Below, piece after piece: positions 39,631 to 49,842 of a stretch of DNA of 57,591 nucleotides. Position 1 is the stretch's first letter. Each line of letters starts with the position of its first letter. Position numbers and translations under genes: made by a program. A model generated the notes under the pieces. It had not been told where the DNA came from, searched no databases, and saw nothing but the letters and a program-made list of their open reading frames with translations. The stretch comes from Candidatus Kapaibacterium sp. (GTDB lineage Bacteria; Bacteroidota; Ignavibacteria; Kapaibacteriales; WFXC01), in assembly GCA_026996895.1 (NCBI GenBank), contig JALWJX010000040.1:1-57591 (forward strand). The letters are read 5' to 3'.

Positions 39631-41118
39631 CTACACCCGTAGGAAGTTCAACGCTATTTTGAAGAAAGCACCGAGGACATAATTGCGGAGTCGAAATCGA
39701 TTATCAGTAAACCACGCAATTTCCATCCCAAACGCTACAGGGTATCCGGTAAAATTCACCCCCACTAAGGCAAAAGCGTAAGCAGGATAGCCGAAGTACA
39801 GATCCTGACGCTGGAGGCTGGTCCCGACCCCCAATCGAAAGACATCGCTGAATTCCAGCTCGACCGCAATGTCATGATAGGCGCTATGCAGGAAAGTCTG
39901 AAGCTGCGGAGCATACATCTTGCGATAGGTATAGGTAATCCCCACGCGATCGGAACTTTCTACAACACCGAAAGCATCTCGAACAAAGCCAAAACGGTAA
40001 AACAATCCGGCTGACACCCCAAGCTGTCCGTATTCCTGTTGCGCATTATCGTGGTATAAATATGCCGGATGCAGCCCAAGTTCCAGCGAAAATCGGGGTT
40101 CCAGGCGAGCATAAATTTGCGCCTCTTTTTCCCGAATCCACTGCAGCTTTTCGGCGATCTCCCGCCGCTGCTGATTGAGTTGTTCTAACTGTCGCTGGAT
40201 TTCTTCCCGCTGCTGCTCCAGCTCCGCCCGGAGTCTGCTGCCTTCCTGCAACAGATACTGACTCTCATACTTCTGCCGTTCAAACGCCGCCTTTTCCCGT
40301 TCCAACTGGCGACGCTGTTGTTCCAACTGCTGCCGTTCCCGTCGCAATTGTTCTCGATCTCGTTCCAGCATTTCCCGCTCTTTCTGAAGCTGCTGAAACT
40401 GCCGCTCGTATTCAGTTAATCCTTCAATGACGATACCGTGGGTGTAATACCGGATCCCACGGCGACGTAGCACTGGGATCACAGCACTGATTTTTGTTGC
40501 GATTTGCCCAGTCTGCTGGAGTTTGATCCATCCTGCGTTGGTTCGCATAAGCTTATATCCCGTAACCACGCCAACCACCTGTCCTTTCCCATTAATCAAT
40601 GGTCCCCCACTATTTCCTTCATCGGCCGCAACATCGTGTTGGAGCAATGTGGGATTTTCCTGCAGCGAAATTTTGGAAACAATGCCCTTACTCTGATTCC
40701 ACCAATCCCCATCAGGATGTCCAATGGCAACCACTTCTTCCCCAACGACCGCCTCCTGCGGTTTCAATGGCAAGTACGGTGTTGCTCTGGAAGGATTGGT
40801 AGTAAGGATTGCAATATCCAGATTTGGCTCTTCCAGAACCGGATCAATCGCGATGACTGGTAATCGATCACCCGACTTCGTAATAACCGTCACATTCCAC
40901 GGCGTTTGCACATCCGTCTCTACAACGTGGTAGTTCGTCAACACCGTCCCCTGTTCGTTGATAAAAAATCCCGTACCAAAACCCCCAGATGTGGACACAA
41001 TCACAACCGCGTCCACACATTTCTGGTAAATCTTGTCCGCAGCAAAAAACTGTGCCCATCCATTCAACGGTGCAATGCACAATGTAATACACCACTGGAT
41101 CAACATCCACCGTTTCAT
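39631..41118 (-). CDS. Exported trypsin-like (S1C) serine protease with coiled coil and C-terminal beta-barrel-like domain
   Basis: GTGFF, TNYHVV, LDIAIL, GNSGGP triad; about 95-aa E/Q/R heptad region; amphipathic C-terminal strands; no PDZ. Confidence 0.82.
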   Translation of the reverse strand: MKRWMLIQWCITLCIAPLNGWAQFFAADKIYQKCVDAVVIVSTSGGFGTGFFINEQGTVLTNYHVVETDVQTPWNVTVITKSGDRLPVIAIDPVLEEPNLDIAILTTNPSRATPYLPLKPQEAVVGEEVVAIGHPDGDWWNQSKGIVSKISLQENPTLLQHDVAADEGNSGGPLINGKGQVVGVVTGYKLMRTNAGWIKLQQTGQIATKISAVIPVLRRRGIRYYTHGIVIEGLTEYERQFQQLQKEREMLERDREQLRRERQQLEQQRRQLEREKAAFERQKYESQYLLQEGSRLRAELEQQREEIQRQLEQLNQQRREIAEKLQWIREKEAQIYARLEPRFSLELGLHPAYLYHDNAQQEYGQLGVSAGLFYRFGFVRDAFGVVESSDRVGITYTYRKMYAPQLQTFLHSAYHDIAVELEFSDVFRLGVGTSLQRQDLYFGYPAYAFALVGVNFTGYPVAFGMEIAWFTDNRFRLRNYVLGAFFKIALNFLRV

Positions 41119-41374
41119 CGAGCTCGAAACCGTTATCCGACTCTGCAACGACTACGAAACGAATCGTCAGGTATCCTTGAGATATGCCCCGTAGTCTTGA
41201 GAAGGTTCCTGTTTGCCTGAATGACTGTCAGGAGATACAACGCAATGATCAAACACCGTGCATCAACAGCTTGATTTGCAGGAATGGCAGTAAAACTTGC
41301 TGAAACGCACTCCAGCCGCCAGTGCAACAATCAGTGCTTGACTAAAAAACCCCGCCTATTTCGTACCAGTTTTG

Positions 41375-41382
41375 TAACTTTG
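41375..41382 (+). promoter_or_regulatory. Bacteroidota-type -7 promoter box for pepA
   Basis: TAACTTTG upstream of pepA. Confidence 0.5.
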
Positions 41383-41466
41383 CGGTTTCGTTGCAATGCG
41401 GGGCGCGTGGGGTATGCAGCGATACTAAGATGCTATCGGTTGGTTTGTTTCAAAAACTGAGGAATA

Positions 41467-42960
41467 ATGATGAACATACGGGTGAAACAGGGCGACGGGC
41501 GGTCGATCAAAGCGGATGCCATTGTTTGCTTCTGCTGGCACGAAGAAACTCCGTCGCAGTTGGAGAAGCTCCTAACTTCTTTTCCGGAAGCAGCACTCAT
41601 AGCACAGGATGCTGGATTTGTTGGAAAACTCAAACAGACAGCAGCAACGTACTTGAAGGAAGGACCTGCAAAGCAGTTGGTATGCGTTGGGCTGGGAAAA
41701 CGAGAAGACTTTCGCCTGGACAATCTTCGGAAAGCAGCAGCAGCGGCTGCCCGCTATGCTATTGGCTACCAGTACCAGAGTCTGGCTGTGCTTACACCAG
41801 ACATCGACGGCATTGGGCGGGAAGCAATTGCACAAGCCATTGTCGAAGGAGTATGGCTGGGTAAGTACAAATTTGACCGGTACCTTTCATCTGAAGAAAA
41901 CAAAGCTCATCAGAAGCTGCAAACGCTGTACCTGCTCCATCCTGAACGCCAGGCTTTGCGCGCACTGCGAAAAGGCGTCAACTTTGGCAGCATCGCAGCA
42001 GAAGCAACAGTGATCGCGCGGGACTTAGCAAACACTCCCAACAACGATATGTACCCTGAAAAACTGGCGCAGGCAGTCCGGAAAATCTTCCGGCAACTGC
42101 CGGTCAAAGTCACAGTATTCACAAAAAAGAAAATTCAGCAACTCAATATGCAGGGACTGCTGGCGGTGAACAAAGGGAGCGTCCGACCGCCAGTGTTCAT
42201 TGTGCTGGAATACAAAGGTAGCAAAGGAGCGAAAAAGCCCATTGTACTGGTTGGCAAGGGAATCACGTTCGACACGGGCGGCATTTCCCTCAAGCCCTCG
42301 CAGAATATGGCACTGATGCGATTGGATATGCACGGTGCTGCCAGCGTCGTCGGAACGATCTATGCGGCAGCAAAAGCCAAATTACCACACTCCATCGTTG
42401 GTCTGATTCCAGCAACGGAGAATATGCCGAGTGGTTCGGCAACCGTTCCGGGCGATGTGATTGTCTATAACAATGGCTTGAGTGTGGAAATCGACAACAC
42501 TGATGCCGAAGGACGGCTGATTCTGGCAGATGCATTGCTGTATGCCAAACGATACAAACCCCAGGTGGTCATTGATTTAGCAACACTGACCGGTGCCTGT
42601 ATCGTTGCCTTAGGGTATGTCGCTGCTGGAATGATGGGTACAGCCGATCAGGTCAAAGAGCAGCTCAAAGAAGCAGCGGAATACACCGGCGAATATGTCT
42701 GGGAACTTCCCCTGTTCCAGGAATACGACGAGCAACTCAAAAGCACCGTCGCTGATATTAAAAATGTCGGCGGGCGAGCAGCCGGTGCCAGCGTTGCTGG
42801 CGCATTCCTCAAACGCTTCGTCGGCGATGACTATCCGTGGGTGCACCTGGACATCGCAGGAACAGCAATCCACGAACGCCAGGGAGACTACACTCCCGCC
42901 GGTGGCACTGGCTATGGAGTCCGCCTACTGTTCCAGTGGCTGCAACAGTGGAAACCATAG
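41467..42960 (+). CDS. pepA: Leucyl aminopeptidase (M17)
   Basis: VGKGITFDTGG, NTDAEGRL, ATLTGA, HLDIAG. Confidence 0.96.
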   Translation: MMNIRVKQGDGRSIKADAIVCFCWHEETPSQLEKLLTSFPEAALIAQDAGFVGKLKQTAATYLKEGPAKQLVCVGLGKREDFRLDNLRKAAAAAARYAIGYQYQSLAVLTPDIDGIGREAIAQAIVEGVWLGKYKFDRYLSSEENKAHQKLQTLYLLHPERQALRALRKGVNFGSIAAEATVIARDLANTPNNDMYPEKLAQAVRKIFRQLPVKVTVFTKKKIQQLNMQGLLAVNKGSVRPPVFIVLEYKGSKGAKKPIVLVGKGITFDTGGISLKPSQNMALMRLDMHGAASVVGTIYAAAKAKLPHSIVGLIPATENMPSGSATVPGDVIVYNNGLSVEIDNTDAEGRLILADALLYAKRYKPQVVIDLATLTGACIVALGYVAAGMMGTADQVKEQLKEAAEYTGEYVWELPLFQEYDEQLKSTVADIKNVGGRAAGASVAGAFLKRFVGDDYPWVHLDIAGTAIHERQGDYTPAGGTGYGVRLLFQWLQQWKP

Positions 42961-43193
42961 CGACCATTTATTGCTGCTGACTACCCAGGCAAGGTCAAAG
43001 AACGGCGATCAGTGATCGCAGACAAGTGGTTTGGAACGTCCTCTTTGTGTGCACGTCGTATCAAAGCGCTGGACCAAAGGCACGTGTTGTCCTATTGCTA
43101 TCTTGCTTGAAACTCGACTTAATAGTTCTACTGCATCCCACGATACCGTAAGTGTGCCATCTTGAGACTGGAATCGCTTGCTAAAACAAAGGG

Positions 43194-44078
43194 CTACCTC
43201 AGAGGAACGATCTCCATCGACAGATCCAGCGCAGATGCCGAGTGTGTCAAAGCCCCAACGGAAATGTACTGCACACCTGTTTCTGCATACGCCCGCACAG
43301 TTTCGAGCGTAATCCCTCCGGAAACTTCCAGTGGTAGCCGTCCGGCCGTCAAGTGGACAGCTTCCTGCACCTGCTCAACCGAAAAATTATCCAGCAAAAT
43401 GCGATCGACTCCACCGATGGATAACACCTCCTGCAGTTCCGAAAGACTTTGTACCTCCACGACCACCGGGATCTGGTATCGTTCTGCATACACGCGGGCA
43501 CGTTGAACAGCCGGCGCAATGCCGCCAGCAATGGCAATGTGGTTTTCCTTGATGAGAATCATATCATCCAGCCGCAGTCGGTGATTCTGTGCCCCTCCAA
43601 TCGCTGTTGCATATTTATCCAGCAATCGCCAGCCGGGAATGGTCTTGCGAGTATCCAGAATAACGGCGGAGGTTCCCCGAATTGCCTCCACAAACTGTCG
43701 GGTCAATGTTGCCACCCCACTCATTCGCTGCAAAAAGTTCAGCGCCGTCCGCTCCCCCATCAACAGAAGATGTGCAGACCCCTGCATTGCTGCTACAGTC
43801 TGCCCCGGCTGCACCCGATCGCCATCGCTGACGAAGGTTTCCCACCGTACCAGCTCCCCCAACTGACGAAATACCAACTGAGCAATCGGCAATCCACAGA
43901 TTACCCCGGAAGCCTTTGCAACAATCGTTGCTTCTGCCTGCTGCTCCAGGGACACCAGTGCCTCCGTGGTAAGATCGCCAATGCCAATATCTTCCTGGAG
44001 TGCAATATCAACCAATCGCGTCACTGTAGCGTCATACAGCAACAACTGCGCTCGATCTATTTTGATCGACTCTGCCAT
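43194..44078 (-). CDS. nadC: Nicotinate-nucleotide diphosphorylase (carboxylating)
   Basis: ERTALN, DTRKT, NHR, IKENH, LLDN, SVGALTHS; start ATG 44078 (or 44096). Confidence 0.95.
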   Translation of the reverse strand: MAESIKIDRAQLLLYDATVTRLVDIALQEDIGIGDLTTEALVSLEQQAEATIVAKASGVICGLPIAQLVFRQLGELVRWETFVSDGDRVQPGQTVAAMQGSAHLLLMGERTALNFLQRMSGVATLTRQFVEAIRGTSAVILDTRKTIPGWRLLDKYATAIGGAQNHRLRLDDMILIKENHIAIAGGIAPAVQRARVYAERYQIPVVVEVQSLSELQEVLSIGGVDRILLDNFSVEQVQEAVHLTAGRLPLEVSGGITLETVRAYAETGVQYISVGALTHSASALDLSMEIVPLR

Positions 44079-44205
44079 CGCCACACTCTGCTTCATCCAC
44101 TCGCTTTGCGGTGGATTACGAATGGCAAAAAGCAGAATTTTGCAAATGAAAACGGCAATTAACCGTTTCATTACAAAAGCAAAGGGCGCAAGAAAAAACA
44201 CAGTG

Positions 44206-45039
44206 ATGGATACGCAAACGGTCAGCCAGGAACAACCAGCAGCAACAGAGGAGCCTCAAAGGACGAGTGAACCGGCGGAGATGAGTTTTCTGGAACACCT
44301 GGAAGAACTCCGCCGTCGACTTTTCTACGCTCTTGGAGGTATTGCTGTGGGTTCAGTGATCGCAGGGATTTTTATCAACTTCATCATCGAAGATCTCCTT
44401 CTGCGCCCGGCATTAGCAGCTCATCTGAAATTGCAGAACTTCCGCCCTTTCGGTCAACCTTTTTTATACTTCAAGGTGATCTTCATTGCTGGCATCATCA
44501 TTGCTTTTCCTTTCGTGCTCTATCAGTTGTGGAAATTCATTGCACCAGGACTGTATGAACACGAGCGGCGCTGGGTTCGGAGTGTCACCACAGCAACTTC
44601 TTTCTGTTTCTTTGCGGGCGTAGCCTTCGCGTACTTTGTCCTCCTGCCGGGAATGATGAACTTTGCAGCCTCCTTTGGGACTGAGAAAATTGCGAACATC
44701 ATCGACATCAATGAATACTTCGGCTTTGTTACGCTGCTGATCTTAGCATCGGGAATTATCTTTGAACTTCCGGTGGTGAGCTTTATTTTAGCCCGAATCG
44801 GACTGCTTACCTCGGAATTTATGCGGCGCTATCGCCGCCATTCTATTGTTGCCATTTTGATCTTAGCAGCCGTTTTAACGCCGACGCCGGATCCAATCAA
44901 TCAGGTAATTTTCGCTATCCCGCTATTTGCTTTGTACGAATTGAGCATCTGGATCGTTCGCTTGATAGAACGACGAAATGCCATTGGGGCAGTGGCACAA
45001 CAAACGACGGGGCAATCAGAAACGGATACACCTTCATGA
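44206..45039 (+). CDS. tatC: Twin-arginine translocase subunit TatC
   Basis: HLEELRRR, FIAPGLYEHE, FELP, TPTPDP, LYELSI. Confidence 0.95.
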   Translation: MDTQTVSQEQPAATEEPQRTSEPAEMSFLEHLEELRRRLFYALGGIAVGSVIAGIFINFIIEDLLLRPALAAHLKLQNFRPFGQPFLYFKVIFIAGIIIAFPFVLYQLWKFIAPGLYEHERRWVRSVTTATSFCFFAGVAFAYFVLLPGMMNFAASFGTEKIANIIDINEYFGFVTLLILASGIIFELPVVSFILARIGLLTSEFMRRYRRHSIVAILILAAVLTPTPDPINQVIFAIPLFALYELSIWIVRLIERRNAIGAVAQQTTGQSETDTPS

Positions 45040-46034
45040 CAACGCCGACATCAACAGCGACGCTTTTACAGTCGCTTCGGCAACCGATTTTGCGGGAGCT
45101 GGAACAATTCAACGAGTATTTCCGAAAACAACTCCGCTCCCACGTCTTCCTGCTGGATCTGATCCTCCGGTATTTGATCCGCCAGAAAGGGAAGCAGATC
45201 CGCCCTTTGTTGGTCTTCCTGAGTGCTAAAGCGGCAGGCGAAATCACGGAACGCACCTACATCGGAGCAACAATGGTGGAATTGCTCCACACGGCAACCC
45301 TGGTACACGATGACGTGGTTGATCAGGCAGAGGTACGTCGGGGTATGGCATCGATTCGGGCAGTGTGGAAAAATAAAGCAGCCGTTCTGGTAGGCGATTT
45401 CCTCTTAGCCCGTGGACTGCTGATCGCAGTTGAAAATCACGCTTATGACCTGCTCCAGGTCACCAGTCAGGCAGTGAAGCGGATGTCTGAGGGGGAACTC
45501 CGGCAAATGCAACGGGCAAAACTGCTGGAGCTGGATGAACAATCCTACTTTGACGTGATCCGCGACAAAACAGCCTCGCTGATTGCCACCTGCTGCGAAA
45601 TCGGGGCGCTCAGTGCTGGAGCATCGCCGGAAGTACGTCAGCATCTTCGAGAATACGGCGAGGCTGTCGGAACAGCTTTTCAAATCCGCGACGATCTGCT
45701 GGATTTCCTCAGCCAGCCCAGTATCTTAGGCAAACCGATCGGCAACGATGTTCAGGAGCGCAAAATCACCCTCCCTCTTCTGTACGCTCTTCGAACAGCT
45801 CCAGCTAAAGAGCGGCGGCGGGTGCTGAAAATGATCAAACGAAGTCAGCGCAATGGAAAAATGTTCACCGAAATCCAGCAATTCGTGCAGGAATACGGCG
45901 GCATCTACTATGCCAACCAGGTAGCCGAACAGCTCATTACTCAGGCAAAAGCCCATCTGGCAACGCTTCCTCCATCGAATGCCCGCACTGCTCTTGAAAC
46001 CTTCGCCGATTTCGTTCTGCAGCGTGGCGCTTAG
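45036..46034 (+). CDS. Long-chain polyprenyl diphosphate synthase (IspB/HepT-like)
   Basis: GKQIRP, HDDVVD, RRG, KTA, FQIRDDLLD. Confidence 0.93.
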   Translation: MTTPTSTATLLQSLRQPILRELEQFNEYFRKQLRSHVFLLDLILRYLIRQKGKQIRPLLVFLSAKAAGEITERTYIGATMVELLHTATLVHDDVVDQAEVRRGMASIRAVWKNKAAVLVGDFLLARGLLIAVENHAYDLLQVTSQAVKRMSEGELRQMQRAKLLELDEQSYFDVIRDKTASLIATCCEIGALSAGASPEVRQHLREYGEAVGTAFQIRDDLLDFLSQPSILGKPIGNDVQERKITLPLLYALRTAPAKERRRVLKMIKRSQRNGKMFTEIQQFVQEYGGIYYANQVAEQLITQAKAHLATLPPSNARTALETFADFVLQRGA

Positions 46035-46139
46035 TGGTTATAGAGATCAGAATCCGAGGCATGCTACGAAATACTTCAATAAAAGCGGGGGCCAGCTTGG
46101 CAGCTTTAGCGATCAGGACTCCTGAACACGCAGATGAGG

Positions 46140-46233
46140 CTTCCGAACTGCACCCTGAAATTCCTACCAAGATCAGGGTAGCGGATCCAGGATTGCAGAT
46201 ATGTCTTCCGAACTGCACCCTGAAATTCCTACC
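46140..46233. repeat. Exact 29 nt direct repeat, 65 nt period
   Basis: CTTCCGAACTGCACCCTGAAATTCCTACC at 46140-46168 and 46205-46233, each preceded by GCAGAT-N4. Confidence 0.92.
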
Positions 46234-46294
46234 TGTTCATAGGTTCCTGCTCCAGAAGCACAGACACAAGCACTTCTATTGCCGCCACCAACGG

Positions 46295-47330
46295 TCACAA
46301 CACCTTATTGACTTGCCCCGCATAGTCCATCTCCCAGATTTCCGGGGAATTCGAGATGCTCCTGAGACGCTGCATCGCTGTAACGACATCCGTGGGGATT
46401 GAGTTCAATTGCTGAGTGAGCACAAAAAGTATAGGCTTAATGTTAAATTGCCTTCCCTCAGGAATATGCCCGCCTATATCCTCCCTCGCCCACTGTACAT
46501 AATATTCCAACTGCCTCGGAGCAATTTGAAGACCACTCCCAGACTTTACCTTCGGGTGTTTAAGTTCGATGATTCTGTAAAAATACTCCGTTTCATCGAT
46601 CTTCTCCACAGTAAGGATATCGATTTTCTGCATTCCAGATCCAGCAAAAACCTCATTGCCTATCCATACAATGTTTTTCCCAAAAATCTTCGGTAGAAAC
46701 GTATTATCACCGATGCTCAACTGCTGTAAAATGTATGCCTGCAAATACGTTTCTGCCTTCCTGATCTCTTTCAGAGAGAGCTGAACAGGGTTGCCAATGG
46801 CGTGGGTGTACGTTTGCGTTCCCCGGGTTATCACATATTTGGACTTATCAAACGTAAAATGTTCTCCTGACAACCATTGACCGTTGTTTTTATCCTGTAT
46901 TAAGGAAATCAATTTTTTAACTTCCCAAGGAAACAGCATCGTGTTGCCTCGCTTTCCTTTCATCTTCCGGTAAATCAATGTCCAAAGCAAATCTCTGGAG
47001 TAAGTAGGTAGCTTATCCAGTGCCACCCATTCTAAGACTCCCTGTGGGTAGACTCTAAATGAGTTTTACAGGCAAATTCGGTTTAAAAGCATCCCGACCC
47101 TGAACATGATATACGACGTTATCAACTGCCTGAAAAACTCCGAAAAATCTTCCTTTGTGAATGCCTTTACTTTCGATGTAGAAAAACACAAAATCGTCCT
47201 GCTTGACGCGGAGTGTATCCGCGAGCAAGGATATGTAAGTATCTCTCTTACCAGCACTTACTCCAACAAACTGATGTTCCAAATGCAGTGGTAGCGTCTC
47301 TTCATTAACAACGAAAACATGTCCTCTCAT
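46295..47330 (-). pseudogene. Frameshifted restriction endonuclease-like gene (EVE/PUA-like N-terminus + PD-(D/E)xK C-terminus)
   Basis: ORF 47330-47055 ends ...KLI*; the +1 frame continues RVYPQGVLEWVALDK into ORF 47026-46295, which has KIDIL...IIELK...QLEYY; the break is confined to about 47055-47068. Confidence 0.7.
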
Positions 47331-47339
47331 CGCAGTTCT

Positions 47340-48494
47340 TTAGCGCTTTCTTCTTCTTCCCTTCTTGCGGAATAACAAAATGTACTCATGCTTAAAAACA
47401 TAGAACCCACCGACCAATGCACGATATCTCCAGAGTTCCTTTTGATTTCTCTTGGCTCTGGTTTCTTCAAAGTTCTTCACTACAATGCTTTTCAACACGA
47501 AGTTCCCCCTTGTAAGAACCTCGTTCATAACGTAGAATCCTAGGGGTATCCACTCCCCTTTCGAGTACTTATCGCCTATCACAACACCCAAATACCTTCC
47601 ATCTTCCAAAAAAGGCGTAACATTGTCTAATACCCTGCCAAACATCTTCAAAAATTCGTCAACGCTGGAAGCCCTCGATAAATCTCCAGGATCATCACTG
47701 AACGTTATAATGTCGTGATACGGAGGGTGCATAATAACCAACTGAGCTTTTGCGATATGCCTCTCTCTAAACAGATCTCTGAAATTCACCCGAGCACTAT
47801 CACCAATGACAATGTCAGTCTTAACTCTGAATTTATTGGGCTCTCTTGCGACCAATTGCTCGGCTCGTTTCGCTACTTCTGGATTGATCTCAACTCCGAT
47901 ACCATTTCTCCCCAATTTCCTACACTCAATGAGCGTGGTACCGCTTCCAAGAAAAGGATCCAAAACCCAGTCCCCCTTCTTGGTGTATCTCAACATTAGT
48001 TGACGCGGTATTTGCGGGACAAAATTGCCCCAATACCACGCAAGGTGCGCTCCTGAAGTGTCTCTTTTATCAAACACCCACAAACTATCGGTGAGGATTT
48101 CGTCGTACTCCTTCCACCTGTTGAGGTTGATATCGTTGATCCTGTTTGTTTTGATCTCAGTCAATGCTTTCTTTAACCTCTCAAGGTAGTATCTCGCTCT
48201 CTCCAGTGTAAGAGCTTGTTCTATCTGGGAGAGTTCGCCCATCAAATACCCGTATTTCATTTCCACTGTGTCGCCGTTGCTGTCGATGTTCAAAACACCG
48301 ATGGTATCCCTGTCGGGTGAAACAAGATGGCTTCTTAGATCCCTTAACGCTATTTTTAGTTCTTGCAGGCTTTCCAACGCCAGAAGGTTGTCCAGAACCT
48401 CCAGCAACTTCGATTTGTTAATGAGAAGAGTGCGGCTTTTCAACGTCTGTTCACTGCTATCAAACAGCGTTGCCTGAATCTTCTCCCTCTTCAT
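47340..48494 (-). CDS. DNA amino-methyltransferase (m4C/m6A)
   Basis: GNFVPQI, DPFLGSGTT (motif I), HPPY (motif IV variant), HEYIL; AT-rich; start ATG 48494 or TTG 48527. Confidence 0.88.
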   Translation of the reverse strand: MKREKIQATLFDSSEQTLKSRTLLINKSKLLEVLDNLLALESLQELKIALRDLRSHLVSPDRDTIGVLNIDSNGDTVEMKYGYLMGELSQIEQALTLERARYYLERLKKALTEIKTNRINDINLNRWKEYDEILTDSLWVFDKRDTSGAHLAWYWGNFVPQIPRQLMLRYTKKGDWVLDPFLGSGTTLIECRKLGRNGIGVEINPEVAKRAEQLVAREPNKFRVKTDIVIGDSARVNFRDLFRERHIAKAQLVIMHPPYHDIITFSDDPGDLSRASSVDEFLKMFGRVLDNVTPFLEDGRYLGVVIGDKYSKGEWIPLGFYVMNEVLTRGNFVLKSIVVKNFEETRAKRNQKELWRYRALVGGFYVFKHEYILLFRKKGRRRKR

Positions 48495-48670
48495 TTTTTC
48501 AGCTTCTTGAATGTCAAACTCACTCAAATGTTAAAACTGTCCACAAGATCAAACATTTTATACGACACTGGCACTCTAAAAAGCTACTGGTCAACCAATC
48601 TTCCTTCTATCCCCACGTTCCACGTGGGATCTCGCAACCTTTTCACCCAAACCGCACTCTCCTGCAATGT

Positions 48671-49825
48671 CTATTGTCCCTGCGCCCATCGCTGAAGGAT
48701 CTGCGCCACCTCCGGACGGGTGAATTCCGGCGGAAGCGACTTTCCTTCCCGCAGCAACTGTCGGACTTTCGTGCCGGAAAGAAAAATTCTCTGCTCTGGC
48801 GTGCTGGGCGACGTTTTGGTCGTTGCCATCCCACCGGTCACAGTGCACCAGAAAGCGTGTTCGAACATCAGAGGAGTGATTTGCAGTTGCTCAGGATCTA
48901 CTTCGTCGAAGATCCGCTGGGCGTCGTATGTGCCGTAGTAATTCCCCACCCCAGCGTGGTCCCTTCCAACGATAAAATGTGTGCACCCATAGTTCTTGCG
49001 CAGAATAGCGTGGAAAATCGCCTCCCGGGGTCCGGCATATCGCATAGCAGCCGGCAGCACCGATAGCATTACCCGATCCTGTGGATAGTAGTGGCGAATC
49101 AACGCCTGATAACATTCCATTCTGACAGCAGCTGGAATATCGTCCGACTTTGTCTCCCCAACCAATGGGTGGATCAACAAGCCATCGACAATTTCCAGTG
49201 CACACTTTGTAAGATATTCATGCGCCCGATGCATTGGATTACGAGTCTGGAAGGCAACGATCGTTTTCCATCCCCGTTTCTGAAAAGCTGCTCTCGTCTC
49301 TGCCGGCGTCAACGTGTGCTCCGGAAATTCCGGCTGAAAGCGGTCCAGAAAGTAGCGGATCGGTCCGGCAAGTACGTAAGGACCTTCCTCAAACAGCTTC
49401 GCAACGCCGGGATGATTTCGGTCATCAGTGCGATATACAAGTACCGCTTCCCGTTCTATGTCCCGCTCGAATTTTTCCTGCACCGCCATAATAGCATAGA
49501 CCGTACCGGCAGCATCGGTCAGCAGCACTTCATCCCCCGGAACAACCTGCTGGTACTGCTTCAACGGCACGGTCAGCGTCACGGGAATTGCAAACACCAG
49601 CCCGGTCGCCAGGTGCATTTTCTCCACAACACTCTGGTAATCTTCCTTGCCCATAAACCCTTCCAGTGGACTCAAGGCTCCAACGCCAATCAGGTAAGCA
49701 TCGGACAAAACCCGATAGGACACTGGCACCCGGAGCGCACCTTTGTACTCTTCCAGTAACTGTTGCGCCTGAGCACCCTGAACAGCACGATCCACCAACG
49801 TTCCACCATGGGCTGGTATCGACAT
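48671..49825 (-). CDS. sat: Sulfate adenylyltransferase
   Basis: PAHGGTL, FQTRNPMHRAHE, MRYAGPREA, GRDHAG, SGTKVR; start ATG 49825 with SD AGAGGAG. Confidence 0.95.
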   Translation of the reverse strand: MSIPAHGGTLVDRAVQGAQAQQLLEEYKGALRVPVSYRVLSDAYLIGVGALSPLEGFMGKEDYQSVVEKMHLATGLVFAIPVTLTVPLKQYQQVVPGDEVLLTDAAGTVYAIMAVQEKFERDIEREAVLVYRTDDRNHPGVAKLFEEGPYVLAGPIRYFLDRFQPEFPEHTLTPAETRAAFQKRGWKTIVAFQTRNPMHRAHEYLTKCALEIVDGLLIHPLVGETKSDDIPAAVRMECYQALIRHYYPQDRVMLSVLPAAMRYAGPREAIFHAILRKNYGCTHFIVGRDHAGVGNYYGTYDAQRIFDEVDPEQLQITPLMFEHAFWCTVTGGMATTKTSPSTPEQRIFLSGTKVRQLLREGKSLPPEFTRPEVAQILQRWAQGQ

Positions 49826-49842
49826 TGCAATCTCCTCTTTAT

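Noticed and set aside
46140-46233. Calling a CRISPR array here or at 24693-24786
   Set aside because: Only two copies each, no cas genes, no AT-rich leader, no clear repeat palindrome; kept as plain repeats
47050-47070. prfB-like programmed +1 frameshift at ATT TAG A
   Set aside because: No internal SD just upstream and poor re-pairing for tRNA-Ile; an indel is simpler
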